Shown: positions 9,981 through 19,050 of the stretch, in pieces
Layout: every line of letters starts with the position of its first letter
Position numbering within the stretch: the stretch's first letter is position 1
IMG/VR virus record: IMGVR_UViG_3300020045_003149
Span: 1-38,172 of that record
Strand: one strand, 5' to 3'
DNA: 38,172 bases
Origin: a virus
Lineage: Duplodnaviria; Caudoviricetes
Program-made: the position numbers and the translations under genes
The notes under the pieces: generated by a model
What the model was told of the DNA's origin: nothing
Database searches by the model: none
The model's input: the letters and a program-made list of their open reading frames with translations, nothing else

Positions 9981-10573
9981 TAGTTACCTATTGCTACCCA
10001 GTAAACTTGTTTAACGTTAGTGCTTGTATTTAAAATAAAGTCAAAACCTGTTATTGTTGGAGGTATTCCACTATTTATGCTTACCGTTGAAACGTTTCCT
10101 GTTCTTGCTGTCGTCAGCTGTAAGCTGAAAATGTTGGTTGGAAAATCTATGTTGTCTGTTACAAAATCTACATGATTATCTAAAGGTAGAAACCCACCAT
10201 TATCAACAACACCCCATTGAAATAGAATGCCACCTGGTAAAAAAGAATAACCATTAGCGGCAGCTACAGGCTCAATGTTCATCGTCATCTGCATTATTCT
10301 GTTAGCACCGCTTTTGTAAAACAAAGTTTCATCGGTGTTTTTGACGCTTGTGGTTGTGGTGTAAAGAGATCCCACTCCAGACACTGCGGCAGGTGCAACT
10401 TGTTGCACTAAGTGAACGGCTTTGTGGTATCCATTGGAAGGGGTATTATCTGTCAGGGGGATGTGATCAACGCCGTAGGTAGTATTGATCTTCTGAAAGT
10501 TATCCCTGATGTTTATGTAGTCTTGATTAAGTTTTGTTGATCCATTGGGGATATTGGGATTATATGAGCTCAT
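9980..10573 (-). CDS. Short tail fibre protein (gp53-like C-terminal domain)
   Basis: Motif NGYSFLPGGILFQWG...FP....F......YWVAIG is typical of tail-fibre C-terminal domains. Confidence 0.7.
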   Translation of the reverse strand: MSSYNPNIPNGSTKLNQDYINIRDNFQKINTTYGVDHIPLTDNTPSNGYHKAVHLVQQVAPAAVSGVGSLYTTTTSVKNTDETLFYKSGANRIMQMTMNIEPVAAANGYSFLPGGILFQWGVVDNGGFLPLDNHVDFVTDNIDFPTNIFSLQLTTARTGNVSTVSINSGIPPTITGFDFILNTSTNVKQVYWVAIGN

Positions 10574-10580
10574 TTTTTAC

Positions 10581-12989
10581 CTATAATTGTGAAAGCCTTC
10601 CAGCCTTACGAATCCATAAAACTTGCGCATCGATTTGCACGTCTAGTTCTTGTTCTTGGCCTGCCATCTGAGAATTTGAAAATGTGTACTCTAGTGTCAA
10701 AAAGTTGCTTCTTGTCGCACAAAAAACCCTTTGCCAGAACTTTGTACCACCAACACCGTTAAGCGTTGATGCTGTTGTTGGAATAGTTATGTTAAAGAAT
10801 CCGTCTGTTGTGCCGGGTATATCGTTGTTAACCTGGTTCTTTGGCAATGTATTGGATGGTTCGCTATCGTTGTAATCTAGGTAAATTCTAAGAGAAATTG
10901 CACCAGGATTAGGTTCATATGTAGCTTCCATTAGAATGTCGATGAAACCTATTTGAATAGATTGCCCTTCGTCCAGGAAGTTGAATTTTTTGCTAACGAT
11001 AGAGAAGTTATCTCTAATGGAAATTAGACCACCTCCGACGTAAGGATCACCAGCAGGATCCAATTGAGGGTCGCTAAACTCACCTGTAGTAACATCGTAT
11101 TTTAATATCTTGAACTTGTTAGGACGATCCGCATTAGACGTGTCTCCAGTCACAATTGCAAATATTTGATCGTTCAAGTTGTCAAATGGTGACCCTTCAG
11201 GAATTCCAGTTATTTTAATTACGGTTCCCGTAGCCATGTTATGATTCGGGCTAGTGATAACGGTAGCCGTTGTTACGTTCGGCTGAATGTCTTGAATGAA
11301 AAGGCTTGGGTCATTAGTCGTTAGTTCATCTAAACGTTCGACGAATCCTTGCTGATTGCCTCCCACGATAGTCGGGTCACCCTGGAAATTATCCACCCAT
11401 GGAAAATCGGCCTCAATCCAAGGTATTGGCGTGTTGTCCCATGTTCTACCTGTTTGTTCTTGATAAGTGCCTAAAGCTGTGAGGCTATCAGTAAAAGTAG
11501 CCCAGCTATCGTTCTCGTAGTTGTAAACCAACCTTATATTGGGGAAAATCTTTTGATCTGATGTTAGGTAACCATCATAAACACCTTCTAATGGTACTGT
11601 CCAAAATGCTAGGCGATTTATGAAGTCTCTTATGCCTTGCACTCGAGTCAATCCGTTATTTGAAACGTTGAAGTCAAAGACAAAGTTAGGGATCTTGATA
11701 TCGATTCTTTCAGACTTGTAGCTATCACACTCTACAATACCCTTATCGCCCACACCTATAAGAGAAGTGTCAAACTGAATAGCAGAGAATGTGCTTTCCG
11801 TTCCAAGCTCTGAATTAACACGTTCTATTTGGAAGGGAGCAATTGACCTTCCTGTGTAGCGAAGCTGCCATGTGCTTCTTTCACAGTAGACTACTAAGTT
11901 GTCTCGAACAAAACCAATAGAGACAATGTCCTCACTTGTTGGAATGTCAAGGAATCCACCTTGTCCCCTTATGTCATCTCTCCATGATCCTGTAGCTGGT
12001 GGTCCTGCTGCGTAAGGGATGAAGGGGTTTCCTATGGTTGACCAACGAATTCTCTGACGATAGTTAAGGGCATTACCTGCATCTATGCCTTCCCATGTGT
12101 TAAACACCACCATCCTGCCCCTGTAAGGCAACATGACCAGCCAGTTGACTAGGAAGTTTGTGGCATCTATCTGGCTCCAAGCAGATGGGTAAAAGTCTAA
12201 CCAAGTAGTACCGTCTGTAATTCGAGGAGGGTCGGCCTGAACGCCAAATTGTCCTGTGTTGTTCGTAACCCAAAAAAGTTTTTCATTTAACGTGGTGAAG
12301 TTGACTAGATCACTTACCCAGTAGTTGGTAGACCAAAAGAAGCTAACACCTTCAACACCTTCACCTCGAGCATTCCACGTTGTTCCTGGTATAAATTCCT
12401 CGAATGCATCATTGACGAACTTATAAGCATATCTCTGATCAAAAAAGACAGTCTGCTCGGTTGAACTACGAGCAAGCTCTCTTGTCCTAATTCCCATCAC
12501 TGGCAAAGCTGGATAGTAAGACAAGTCTGCCTCTACTGCTGTGCCTCCAGCTGGGGATACCGTGAAGTTTAAGGTGACCACTCCCGTAGTGTAATTGATT
12601 GTCCCCGACGAGATTGTGTAGGTCCCTGAGATCATCGTTAAGACGCCATCACCGTCCGCATCTTCATAGACTGTTTCCCCTGGATTACCTGCATCAATGG
12701 TTATCTCAATAGTCCCTGGAACTAAAGAAGAATTAGGCTCAAGAGTGAACGAAACGAGGAGGTCTGTTGTGTAAACAGCTGTTCCATCAGCGGCAGGTAG
12801 AGAAAAAGCAACTAAGTTTCGTTTAAGACGACCCAGAAGCTGGTAACCATTTTTGCGAACAAGCTTTTCCCTCCACACGTAGGCATTCACAAGGGAAGGG
12901 TATCCATCATTTGGAAGTAGGAAGTTTTCACGCTGTTGGACTAAACCAGTCGTCGGTCCAACAATTTTCATCGGTTGATAACCTGCCAT
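10581..12989 (-). CDS. Tail tubular / nozzle (stabilisation) protein
   Basis: 802 aa, beta-propeller-like (RIRWSTIG, LVYNYENDSWA); size and position as P22 gp10 or T7 gp12. Confidence 0.7.
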   Translation of the reverse strand: MAGYQPMKIVGPTTGLVQQRENFLLPNDGYPSLVNAYVWREKLVRKNGYQLLGRLKRNLVAFSLPAADGTAVYTTDLLVSFTLEPNSSLVPGTIEITIDAGNPGETVYEDADGDGVLTMISGTYTISSGTINYTTGVVTLNFTVSPAGGTAVEADLSYYPALPVMGIRTRELARSSTEQTVFFDQRYAYKFVNDAFEEFIPGTTWNARGEGVEGVSFFWSTNYWVSDLVNFTTLNEKLFWVTNNTGQFGVQADPPRITDGTTWLDFYPSAWSQIDATNFLVNWLVMLPYRGRMVVFNTWEGIDAGNALNYRQRIRWSTIGNPFIPYAAGPPATGSWRDDIRGQGGFLDIPTSEDIVSIGFVRDNLVVYCERSTWQLRYTGRSIAPFQIERVNSELGTESTFSAIQFDTSLIGVGDKGIVECDSYKSERIDIKIPNFVFDFNVSNNGLTRVQGIRDFINRLAFWTVPLEGVYDGYLTSDQKIFPNIRLVYNYENDSWATFTDSLTALGTYQEQTGRTWDNTPIPWIEADFPWVDNFQGDPTIVGGNQQGFVERLDELTTNDPSLFIQDIQPNVTTATVITSPNHNMATGTVIKITGIPEGSPFDNLNDQIFAIVTGDTSNADRPNKFKILKYDVTTGEFSDPQLDPAGDPYVGGGLISIRDNFSIVSKKFNFLDEGQSIQIGFIDILMEATYEPNPGAISLRIYLDYNDSEPSNTLPKNQVNNDIPGTTDGFFNITIPTTASTLNGVGGTKFWQRVFCATRSNFLTLEYTFSNSQMAGQEQELDVQIDAQVLWIRKAGRLSQL

Positions 12990-14429
12990 CTAATACCCAG
13001 CTCCCCAACCAATGCCATAGCCATAGCCGCCTTGAGTTGAGTTAAAGAGTGTGATGTTTGGCTGCTGAATCTCCTCGTTAGCTTGACGCTCCAGTACAAG
13101 GGCTTCTTGACGCATAAAACCTTCTCTAAGATTTTCTACGCCCTCCATGTCTTGACGGTCTCTTAGAATCTCCATAGCAGCACCGTAAGCTATGTACTGA
13201 GACCACTGAGTAAGCACAGGGCTTGAGGTAGTCATTAAGAATTGAGCTGGTGTTTGAAAGCACTCTACCTCGACCAAGTACACGTTATCTGGAACAGGCC
13301 GAATGGTTATCTCGTTATTCCAGAGCAGTAGGTTGTAGGGGCGACCTACCTGATAAGTGGCCGCCCATATATTCAATAAACTGCCTTCTTGTAGAGGGAC
13401 AGGAATAACTAGGCTTATCTCAGTTGTGACATAGTTCACCGTTCCGCAGTATTGTGGGGTGAGTGGACTAGGAGGGTAAGCTTGGTATGCAGAAGGAGGA
13501 GCAGGAGGATCAGACAAAGCATTAACTTGACCGCCAAGAGGAGAAAGATTAGGGATTGCAGGCATTTGTTGGATAAGTGCAGGATCAGAATCCTGTGTTA
13601 AATAAACGTTGTTACCTACTGAATTTTGCTGGATGAATAACAATTTTCCTATAGTGGTGTTAGATCCGATTCCGTGAGAATTAACAACAGCGCCACCATC
13701 ATCAATAATGCGTATAGGATCGCCATTAGTATCTATGCCTCCTATGACAACCTGCGTGCTAAGTATCCCAAAGTTAGGCTGAGGGAAAGGATTCTGGTTA
13801 GAGCCAAAAAGTGTAAAATTAAATGTATTAGTGCTAGTCCACGTGCCACCTGAAACATATGGAGTGAACGCTGTCGAATCCACATCTATGTTTATTGTAT
13901 CATCATTGATAACAGTGACAACGGTGTAGGTGTTTCCATTCAACTCCGTCATCCCGACCACATCTTCAATAGTTATGATCGAACCTACGACTAGTTCATG
14001 TCCTACGCTTGTAATTTTAGTGTAATCGAATACCCCGACAATCACTGGAACTGCGTTGGTGATTGTTCCTGTTAAGGTAGTAGGCCCTTTTTTAAACTGC
14101 GTAGGCGTACGTGGATACAGGTTGAATAGTTGATCTCTGTTCTTAAAAAAGTTACCTTGTACACCTTCAAAATAGATAGGAGATCTCAACGACTGGACAG
14201 TATTAACGTCAACAGGGTACCTGTCAACGTTTGGAATCGTTAAAAACTTATAGACCGATCTTTGTTGGTCGATCTTAATCGCATAAGGAAAGTCTTCCGA
14301 ATAGAATCGATTGACATACTCCTGAATGTCTGCGCTAGACAGAGCAGCCTCACTAGCAGAAGCTGTAAGCCTTCTTACTTTCTTCTCGATGTAAGTGTAC
14401 GTGTTACTTGCTGGTATGACTGCTGGCAT
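12990..14429 (-). CDS. Tail adaptor / tubular protein A with inserted beta domains
   Basis: Helical N-terminus (IEKKVRRLT), ITIRPVPDNVY and YIAYGAA motifs at the C-terminus, and an inserted FCCH-like module. Confidence 0.65.
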   Translation of the reverse strand: MPAVIPASNTYTYIEKKVRRLTASASEAALSSADIQEYVNRFYSEDFPYAIKIDQQRSVYKFLTIPNVDRYPVDVNTVQSLRSPIYFEGVQGNFFKNRDQLFNLYPRTPTQFKKGPTTLTGTITNAVPVIVGVFDYTKITSVGHELVVGSIITIEDVVGMTELNGNTYTVVTVINDDTINIDVDSTAFTPYVSGGTWTSTNTFNFTLFGSNQNPFPQPNFGILSTQVVIGGIDTNGDPIRIIDDGGAVVNSHGIGSNTTIGKLLFIQQNSVGNNVYLTQDSDPALIQQMPAIPNLSPLGGQVNALSDPPAPPSAYQAYPPSPLTPQYCGTVNYVTTEISLVIPVPLQEGSLLNIWAATYQVGRPYNLLLWNNEITIRPVPDNVYLVEVECFQTPAQFLMTTSSPVLTQWSQYIAYGAAMEILRDRQDMEGVENLREGFMRQEALVLERQANEEIQQPNITLFNSTQGGYGYGIGWGAGY

Positions 14430-14437
14430 TGAATTAC

Positions 14438-14869
14438 CTAAAACGCTGCTGGTGTAAATCTATGAAGCCACTCGCCTTCATAATCTTTATCTAATGGCGA
14501 CTCATCTTTTTTGATAGGCTCGCCATCAACACTTACAAGACCCTCGCGCTTTTTCATTACCTTTGTTTTGTCGTTTACCTCATTAACAAGGCCTAGAGGA
14601 ACCTCATATACTTTACCTGGGATAAAGTGCCATATCTGAATAGGATCACCTGCGTACTTGCAATAAGGCTTAGTCAGCCTCTCATGCATGCCTCTTGAGT
14701 TCATATACTCAGCCTTAACTAGGCGAGAATCCTCTTTCTTTTGGCGTTCCATTTCCTTTTTATGCTCTGGCTTCATGTGCTTGAATTCATCAAACACTAC
14801 GCTGTTTGTCAGCACGTTAATCATGCCGTGTTCTTCACCGCTTGCTGTTGCCATTCTTACTGTTGCCAT
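14438..14869 (-). CDS. Hypothetical protein in the head-tail region
   Basis: 143 aa ORF coupled to its neighbours. Confidence 0.6.
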   Translation of the reverse strand: MATVRMATASGEEHGMINVLTNSVVFDEFKHMKPEHKKEMERQKKEDSRLVKAEYMNSRGMHERLTKPYCKYAGDPIQIWHFIPGKVYEVPLGLVNEVNDKTKVMKKREGLVSVDGEPIKKDESPLDKDYEGEWLHRFTPAAF

Positions 14870-15258
14870 TAGTTACCTATGTTGTTGAGTGATTGAAATG
14901 GGACTTTGTTGGTTAAATTGCTGTATTCCAGATTCCTCGAACCGTTGGGAGACAGACTTGCTGGAATCTCAACATTTCCAGATGGGACTACGAACGTATC
15001 GAAATAAGTGGAATCTAAGTTTAAGTAAAAATTTGAATCCACAATCGCGATGATAGTGCCAGTCAGTCCGTTAGCTTGAAACATGCCATAAGTCCTTGGT
15101 ATGTAAAGCTTTACGCACATGCCTGGTATGTAAGTGTTGGCCTCTGTGGTGTCATTACCAACTTCAACAGAGACAACCATAGGGAAAGACTGAGTGATGC
15201 CCGTGATGAGAAGTGTGCTGGGGATGGTTATAACCCCTGGCAAAAACATATTTGGCAC
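14869..15258 (-). CDS. E1-FCCH-like beta-domain virion protein
   Basis: ITGITQSFPMVV...YGMFQANGLTGTIIAI...LDSTYFDTF; paralogous to the second half of the 332-aa protein. Confidence 0.6.
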   Translation of the reverse strand: MPNMFLPGVITIPSTLLITGITQSFPMVVSVEVGNDTTEANTYIPGMCVKLYIPRTYGMFQANGLTGTIIAIVDSNFYLNLDSTYFDTFVVPSGNVEIPASLSPNGSRNLEYSNLTNKVPFQSLNNIGN

Positions 15259-15280
15259 TTTTCACCCCTGTTAAACGACC

Positions 15281-15314
15281 AAAAAGAGTGAGGACATTTT
15301 ATCCCCACTCTTTT
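15281..15314 (-). terminator. Intrinsic terminator after the capsid and decoration genes
   Basis: Minus-strand AAAAGAGTGGGGA...TCCTCACTCTTTTT hairpin ending in a U-tract. Confidence 0.75.
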
Positions 15315-15345
15315 ACAGGCTACAATTTCCTGTAACTGTCACCTT

Positions 15346-16344
15346 CTAGTTTTCAAACTTGTAGGCAATCCAATTGATGATGTCGCTAGAAGCACCTGCA
15401 GGAGACTGAGCTCCACCTGTTAGGTACATGTAAGGAGTGAATTCACCAGCCCTGAAAGGCTGATACTGGAAGTTGTACCCAGTTTGGACTAGTGTCACTG
15501 GATCGAACTTCGTAGAGGCACCAGCAGGAGAAATTGTTGCGAACAGTTGAGCTGTTGGCGATGCAGTTGTTAAAGGGAAAGCAAACGCATCAAATGCTGT
15601 GCTATCAATGTCAACTGTGATCGTGTAGTTAGCCGCAGAAACTGCAACGATAGTGCCTGTCAGTTGATTCATCTGGTACATGCCGAAGCTGTAAGGGATA
15701 CTGAAATGAACTTTCATGCCAATGACGTAGTGCTGAGTTGGATCTACAGAGGTCCTAACAACAGCCTGTGTAGCCTGTGTGATCTCAGTCACGTAGAGGA
15801 ATGAAGGTTCGACAGCAGCATATTTTGAAATGCGTCTAGTAAAACCAGCGGTGCCAGCTGTTAAACCAGCAGCTCTTAGACCTATCAGAGTGTAGGCAGA
15901 ACCAGAGGCTGAACTGATCTGGAAGTTCATACCAGCAATCTGCAGCATACCCGTGGTATCGTAGAATTGAAGGATGTCACCGTTTGAATAGGTGTTTGTC
16001 TGCGAAACTACAGCTGGCGATGCTGCTGTGATAGCAGTGATAGCATTAGCTGACTGAGCTTCTACAACAGGTGCAACGGTCACATAAGTGAAACCTGTTC
16101 CTGCTGCAAAAGCAGAAGATAGGTCAGCCGTTGTCTTTACCACTTTAATCCCAGATCCAGCAGCTGATGCACCTGCACCAAACTTAGAACCAAACCAACG
16201 ACCTTCGACGACGGTGTTGGGGTTGGCTGCCGCTAACTGAGTCACGTTAAACGTCTCAAAGTAGTCGGCTGAGCTAGGTAGTGGAATCTTAACGCCTGCC
16301 CCAGTGGAGGTAAAAGAACCGCCTGTAATGATAGTAAAAGGCAT
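15346..16344 (-). CDS. Putative capsid decoration protein with two FCCH-like modules
   Basis: 332 aa directly after the major capsid gene, AGGAG RBS; modules begin ITAITAASPAVV and VTEITQATQAVV. Confidence 0.6.
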   Translation of the reverse strand: MPFTIITGGSFTSTGAGVKIPLPSSADYFETFNVTQLAAANPNTVVEGRWFGSKFGAGASAAGSGIKVVKTTADLSSAFAAGTGFTYVTVAPVVEAQSANAITAITAASPAVVSQTNTYSNGDILQFYDTTGMLQIAGMNFQISSASGSAYTLIGLRAAGLTAGTAGFTRRISKYAAVEPSFLYVTEITQATQAVVRTSVDPTQHYVIGMKVHFSIPYSFGMYQMNQLTGTIVAVSAANYTITVDIDSTAFDAFAFPLTTASPTAQLFATISPAGASTKFDPVTLVQTGYNFQYQPFRAGEFTPYMYLTGGAQSPAGASSDIINWIAYKFEN

Positions 16345-16357
16345 TTTTCAATTCTCC

Positions 16358-17326
16358 TTATGATGGGTTTGAAGTGGTGACGTTAAGCCCAGAAATCCAG
16401 TTCTGGTTAGTGATAGCCCTGGCTATGGCGAATTTTGCGTAAAGCTGGCTGTTCTGGGCGACTGAAGAAACAACCCATGCAGGGCGATAACCTATAACTG
16501 CTGTGTAGTTGTTTTGTTCTATCTTCGCTGCCGCCTCTAGGCCATACATAGGAATCGTGTAGACCGTATTGCCTCGTAAAGAAATTCCTGGAGTCTTTGC
16601 ACCTTTAGACGAGACAAAGAAACGGAATCGGCTTATTGAGCAGTACTCTTCTGGCCTGATACCTTCTTGGGTTGGGTAAGCAGACTTAAGCAACACACCC
16701 TGCACACGCTGTAAGTCAGCCGATAGGTTAGTGTTAGCCAAAGCTAGGAACGCATCACGAACGCCAGCTGTACCGATGCGGACACTAGCTTCAAGGTCAG
16801 TCAGCATTGAGCGAGCGTCGTTACCAAGAAGAATGTTCTCGATGTTGTTGACGTCGTTCAGGGATATGTTAGAGGGCTGATCGCCGTTAATACCTCCAGT
16901 GGCATTTATATAACTAACTGAGCTAGAGAACAGATCTCTCATTAGTAGATCTTCTTTCTCTCTAAGCCACTGACCTAGAAGTGCAGTAAACTTAGTTAGC
17001 GTTTTGCTGTTCTCATATAAAACAACTTGCTCGTTGACGGCGACGGACTTAGCATAAATTTCCATAGTCGCATCGATATCTGTCCTGACGGGCACTTCTG
17101 ATGCTGGATCGATACCCGAGCCATCAAGTTGACCGCCATCCGTAGACAGACGCTCAAATCGAGACATTCTAGTTGTTTTACCGATGTAGGCTTCCGCGTG
17201 GTGTAAGTCAACCCCGAAGCTGTGAATCAGGTTGAACATTGGAGTGCTGAGTAGGTCTTCAGATGCCTGAACAGGAAGTTCTGGGGCGAAGTTCTGAATG
17301 CCTGTTATACCTGTAGAAAAAGACAT
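16358..17326 (-). CDS. Major capsid protein (N4-gp56-like family)
   Basis: 322 aa after the scaffold; GKTTRMSRFERL, LGQWLREKEDLLMRD and EYCSISRFRF resemble N4-gp56-type capsid proteins. Confidence 0.8.
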   Translation of the reverse strand: MSFSTGITGIQNFAPELPVQASEDLLSTPMFNLIHSFGVDLHHAEAYIGKTTRMSRFERLSTDGGQLDGSGIDPASEVPVRTDIDATMEIYAKSVAVNEQVVLYENSKTLTKFTALLGQWLREKEDLLMRDLFSSSVSYINATGGINGDQPSNISLNDVNNIENILLGNDARSMLTDLEASVRIGTAGVRDAFLALANTNLSADLQRVQGVLLKSAYPTQEGIRPEEYCSISRFRFFVSSKGAKTPGISLRGNTVYTIPMYGLEAAAKIEQNNYTAVIGYRPAWVVSSVAQNSQLYAKFAIARAITNQNWISGLNVTTSNPS

Positions 17327-17356
17327 AAGGCCTCTGTAAAATGAATATTTTTCGTT

Positions 17357-17439
17357 GGTTGACGAAACCGATTCAGTCTACGGAGGCGATACCGCTATAC
17401 AGCCAAAAGATGGGGTAGCGAGGCCCTATTGAAACGCTA
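17357..17439 (-). promoter_or_regulatory. Structured RNA leader of the capsid gene with three tandem UCGY-loop pseudoknot units
   Basis: Minus strand: AGC..GGGCC-TC-GCT-ACCC, GGC..CGGTA-TC-GCC-TCCG, GAC..GGTT-TC-GTC-AACC. Confidence 0.7.
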
Positions 17440-17472
17440 TCATCATACTATCAATTAAAGTTTTTATTTCAC
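17434..17472 (-). promoter_or_regulatory. Putative late promoter of the capsid gene
   Basis: GTGAAATAAAAACTTTAATTGATAGTATGATGATAGCGT; includes a TATGAT -10-like hexamer and matches the fibre operon element. Confidence 0.55.
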
Positions 17473-17482
17473 AACATCCTTA

Positions 17483-18244
17483 TTATGCAATACCCTTGAG
17501 TGATCTTTGCATTCTTTCCCAATTAGCTCTTTTTCTGTCTTCGGTTAGAATAGGTTTTATCTCTTGGGATTGCGTTAGTCCAACGGCAGAAGTTGATTTA
17601 GGCTTAACAAAGTTAGACTCTGCCTTAGCTGCATCCCTCTTTGATGATTGACCACCTGGCACAAAACGTCTTAAGGCATGGTATATGTCAGCCCACTTAT
17701 CGTAACCTTCAGCCTGACGCTTTAAAGGCCTAGCTATTTCAGGGTAGTGGTATTCAAGATAGTCTAGGTTATCCTCATTAACAATCGAATGAAAGTCTGG
17801 ATAAGACTGTGTAAGCCTTTGAGGGTATTCTTGTTGCTCTCTTTGAGCTTGTTGTTGTCTGTTTTGTTCCTCCCTTATAGCCAAGGCAGACTGAACTTTT
17901 CGTTCGATTCGTTGATCTTCTGACTCATCATCGTCAAAACCCCCGTTGAAAGAACTGCTCTCCCTTTGCGGTATCTTACGATCTTCCTTTGCAAAAGCAG
18001 CTTCCATCGCAGCTTTAAGAGCTGCAACCTCTGCTTCTTTCTCAGAAGCTCGTCGCTCGGCAGCTTCTTTCTCAAGTCTATCTCGCTTTCTAGCCTCTCT
18101 AAAGGCTTTCCAGTTGGCATCCGCAGGATCTGTAGAAGTATCTTGTACTTGTTCCGCATTTGAAGGTGTCTGCCCCCCCGTCACTTCCGCCACTTCTGGC
18201 TTTTCAACTTTATTCTGTTCTATGCTGGGATCTTGAACTGTCAT
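17483..18244 (-). CDS. Putative capsid scaffolding protein
   Basis: 253 aa charged coiled coil immediately upstream of the capsid gene; AGGAGG RBS. Confidence 0.7.
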   Translation of the reverse strand: MTVQDPSIEQNKVEKPEVAEVTGGQTPSNAEQVQDTSTDPADANWKAFREARKRDRLEKEAAERRASEKEAEVAALKAAMEAAFAKEDRKIPQRESSSFNGGFDDDESEDQRIERKVQSALAIREEQNRQQQAQREQQEYPQRLTQSYPDFHSIVNEDNLDYLEYHYPEIARPLKRQAEGYDKWADIYHALRRFVPGGQSSKRDAAKAESNFVKPKSTSAVGLTQSQEIKPILTEDRKRANWERMQRSLKGIA

Positions 18245-18255
18245 GAGGACCTCCT

Positions 18256-18573
18256 ATGGATCATATAAAAAATTTAATTGATAATACGCAAGATGTAAAT
18301 GCAAATTTTGAAAAAAACATGGAATTTAGCAAACTAAAGGTTGAAGTGCTAAGTCGTTTTTCTGAATACAGGAAAACAGTGCAATATATGGCTGCCGATC
18401 TGCCAATTAGTGCACTTTGTCTACCCAAGAAGTTGGAAAAGAAGTTGTTAAACGGCGACTTCTTGCGTGTCTTCGAACTTTTTGGCTTGGATCTTGCTAA
18501 AATCGAATTCCTCGACAGCACTGACGTGAGGGATTTGACATCCCGCTTGAATGAGTTCCTCGCGATGCTTTAG
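18256..18573 (+). CDS. RNA polymerase alpha-CTD-like (helix-hairpin-helix) small protein
   Basis: DLPISALCLPKKLEKKLLNGDFLRVFEL...DLAKIEFLD resembles the alpha-CTD pattern PIEELELS.R..N.L...GI.TV.DL...DLLKI..LG; GAGGA RBS. Confidence 0.5.
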   Translation: MDHIKNLIDNTQDVNANFEKNMEFSKLKVEVLSRFSEYRKTVQYMAADLPISALCLPKKLEKKLLNGDFLRVFELFGLDLAKIEFLDSTDVRDLTSRLNEFLAML

Positions 18574-19050
18574 GAAATATTCACGTTCAGATAGCATGTC
18601 AATCTTGTGCTCATATCTGATATACTCCCAAAAAGTTCCTTTAAAAAAGGCCACGCTCCATGCCTGCATCGTTTGGTACTGTGGGTGCACATATGCTAGT
18701 GATGACAATTCAGCCATCACCAGATCACTTGGAAGCACCCATAATCGTTTTAAGATTTTGTCTGCTTGTCTATTGTATAGAAACACACTTTGATTGGGAC
18801 GAGGCTTAGGCAAATAGGGCCAACAATAAAACTTACGGCGGATCAGATTGGTAAGTAGTGGGTCCTTAGCTATTACCATTACCACACACAATTCATCTTC
18901 ATCGATAATGTCTTTGTGTAGCCTTACAGATTCGTAAAGCTCTTTCTCTATGTCATCACACATAGCATGACCTACCTCGCGAGCGTCATACTTTGTGGTG
19001 TCAGATAGGGCTTTCTTGGATAGTTCGCCTGCTGTAAAATGTTCAACCAT
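18448..19050 (-). CDS. Hypothetical protein
   Basis: 200 aa ORF coupled to the upstream gene. Confidence 0.7.
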   Translation of the reverse strand: MVEHFTAGELSKKALSDTTKYDAREVGHAMCDDIEKELYESVRLHKDIIDEDELCVVMVIAKDPLLTNLIRRKFYCWPYLPKPRPNQSVFLYNRQADKILKRLWVLPSDLVMAELSSLAYVHPQYQTMQAWSVAFFKGTFWEYIRYEHKIDMLSEREYFLKHREELIQAGCQIPHVSAVEEFDFSKIQAKKFEDTQEVAV

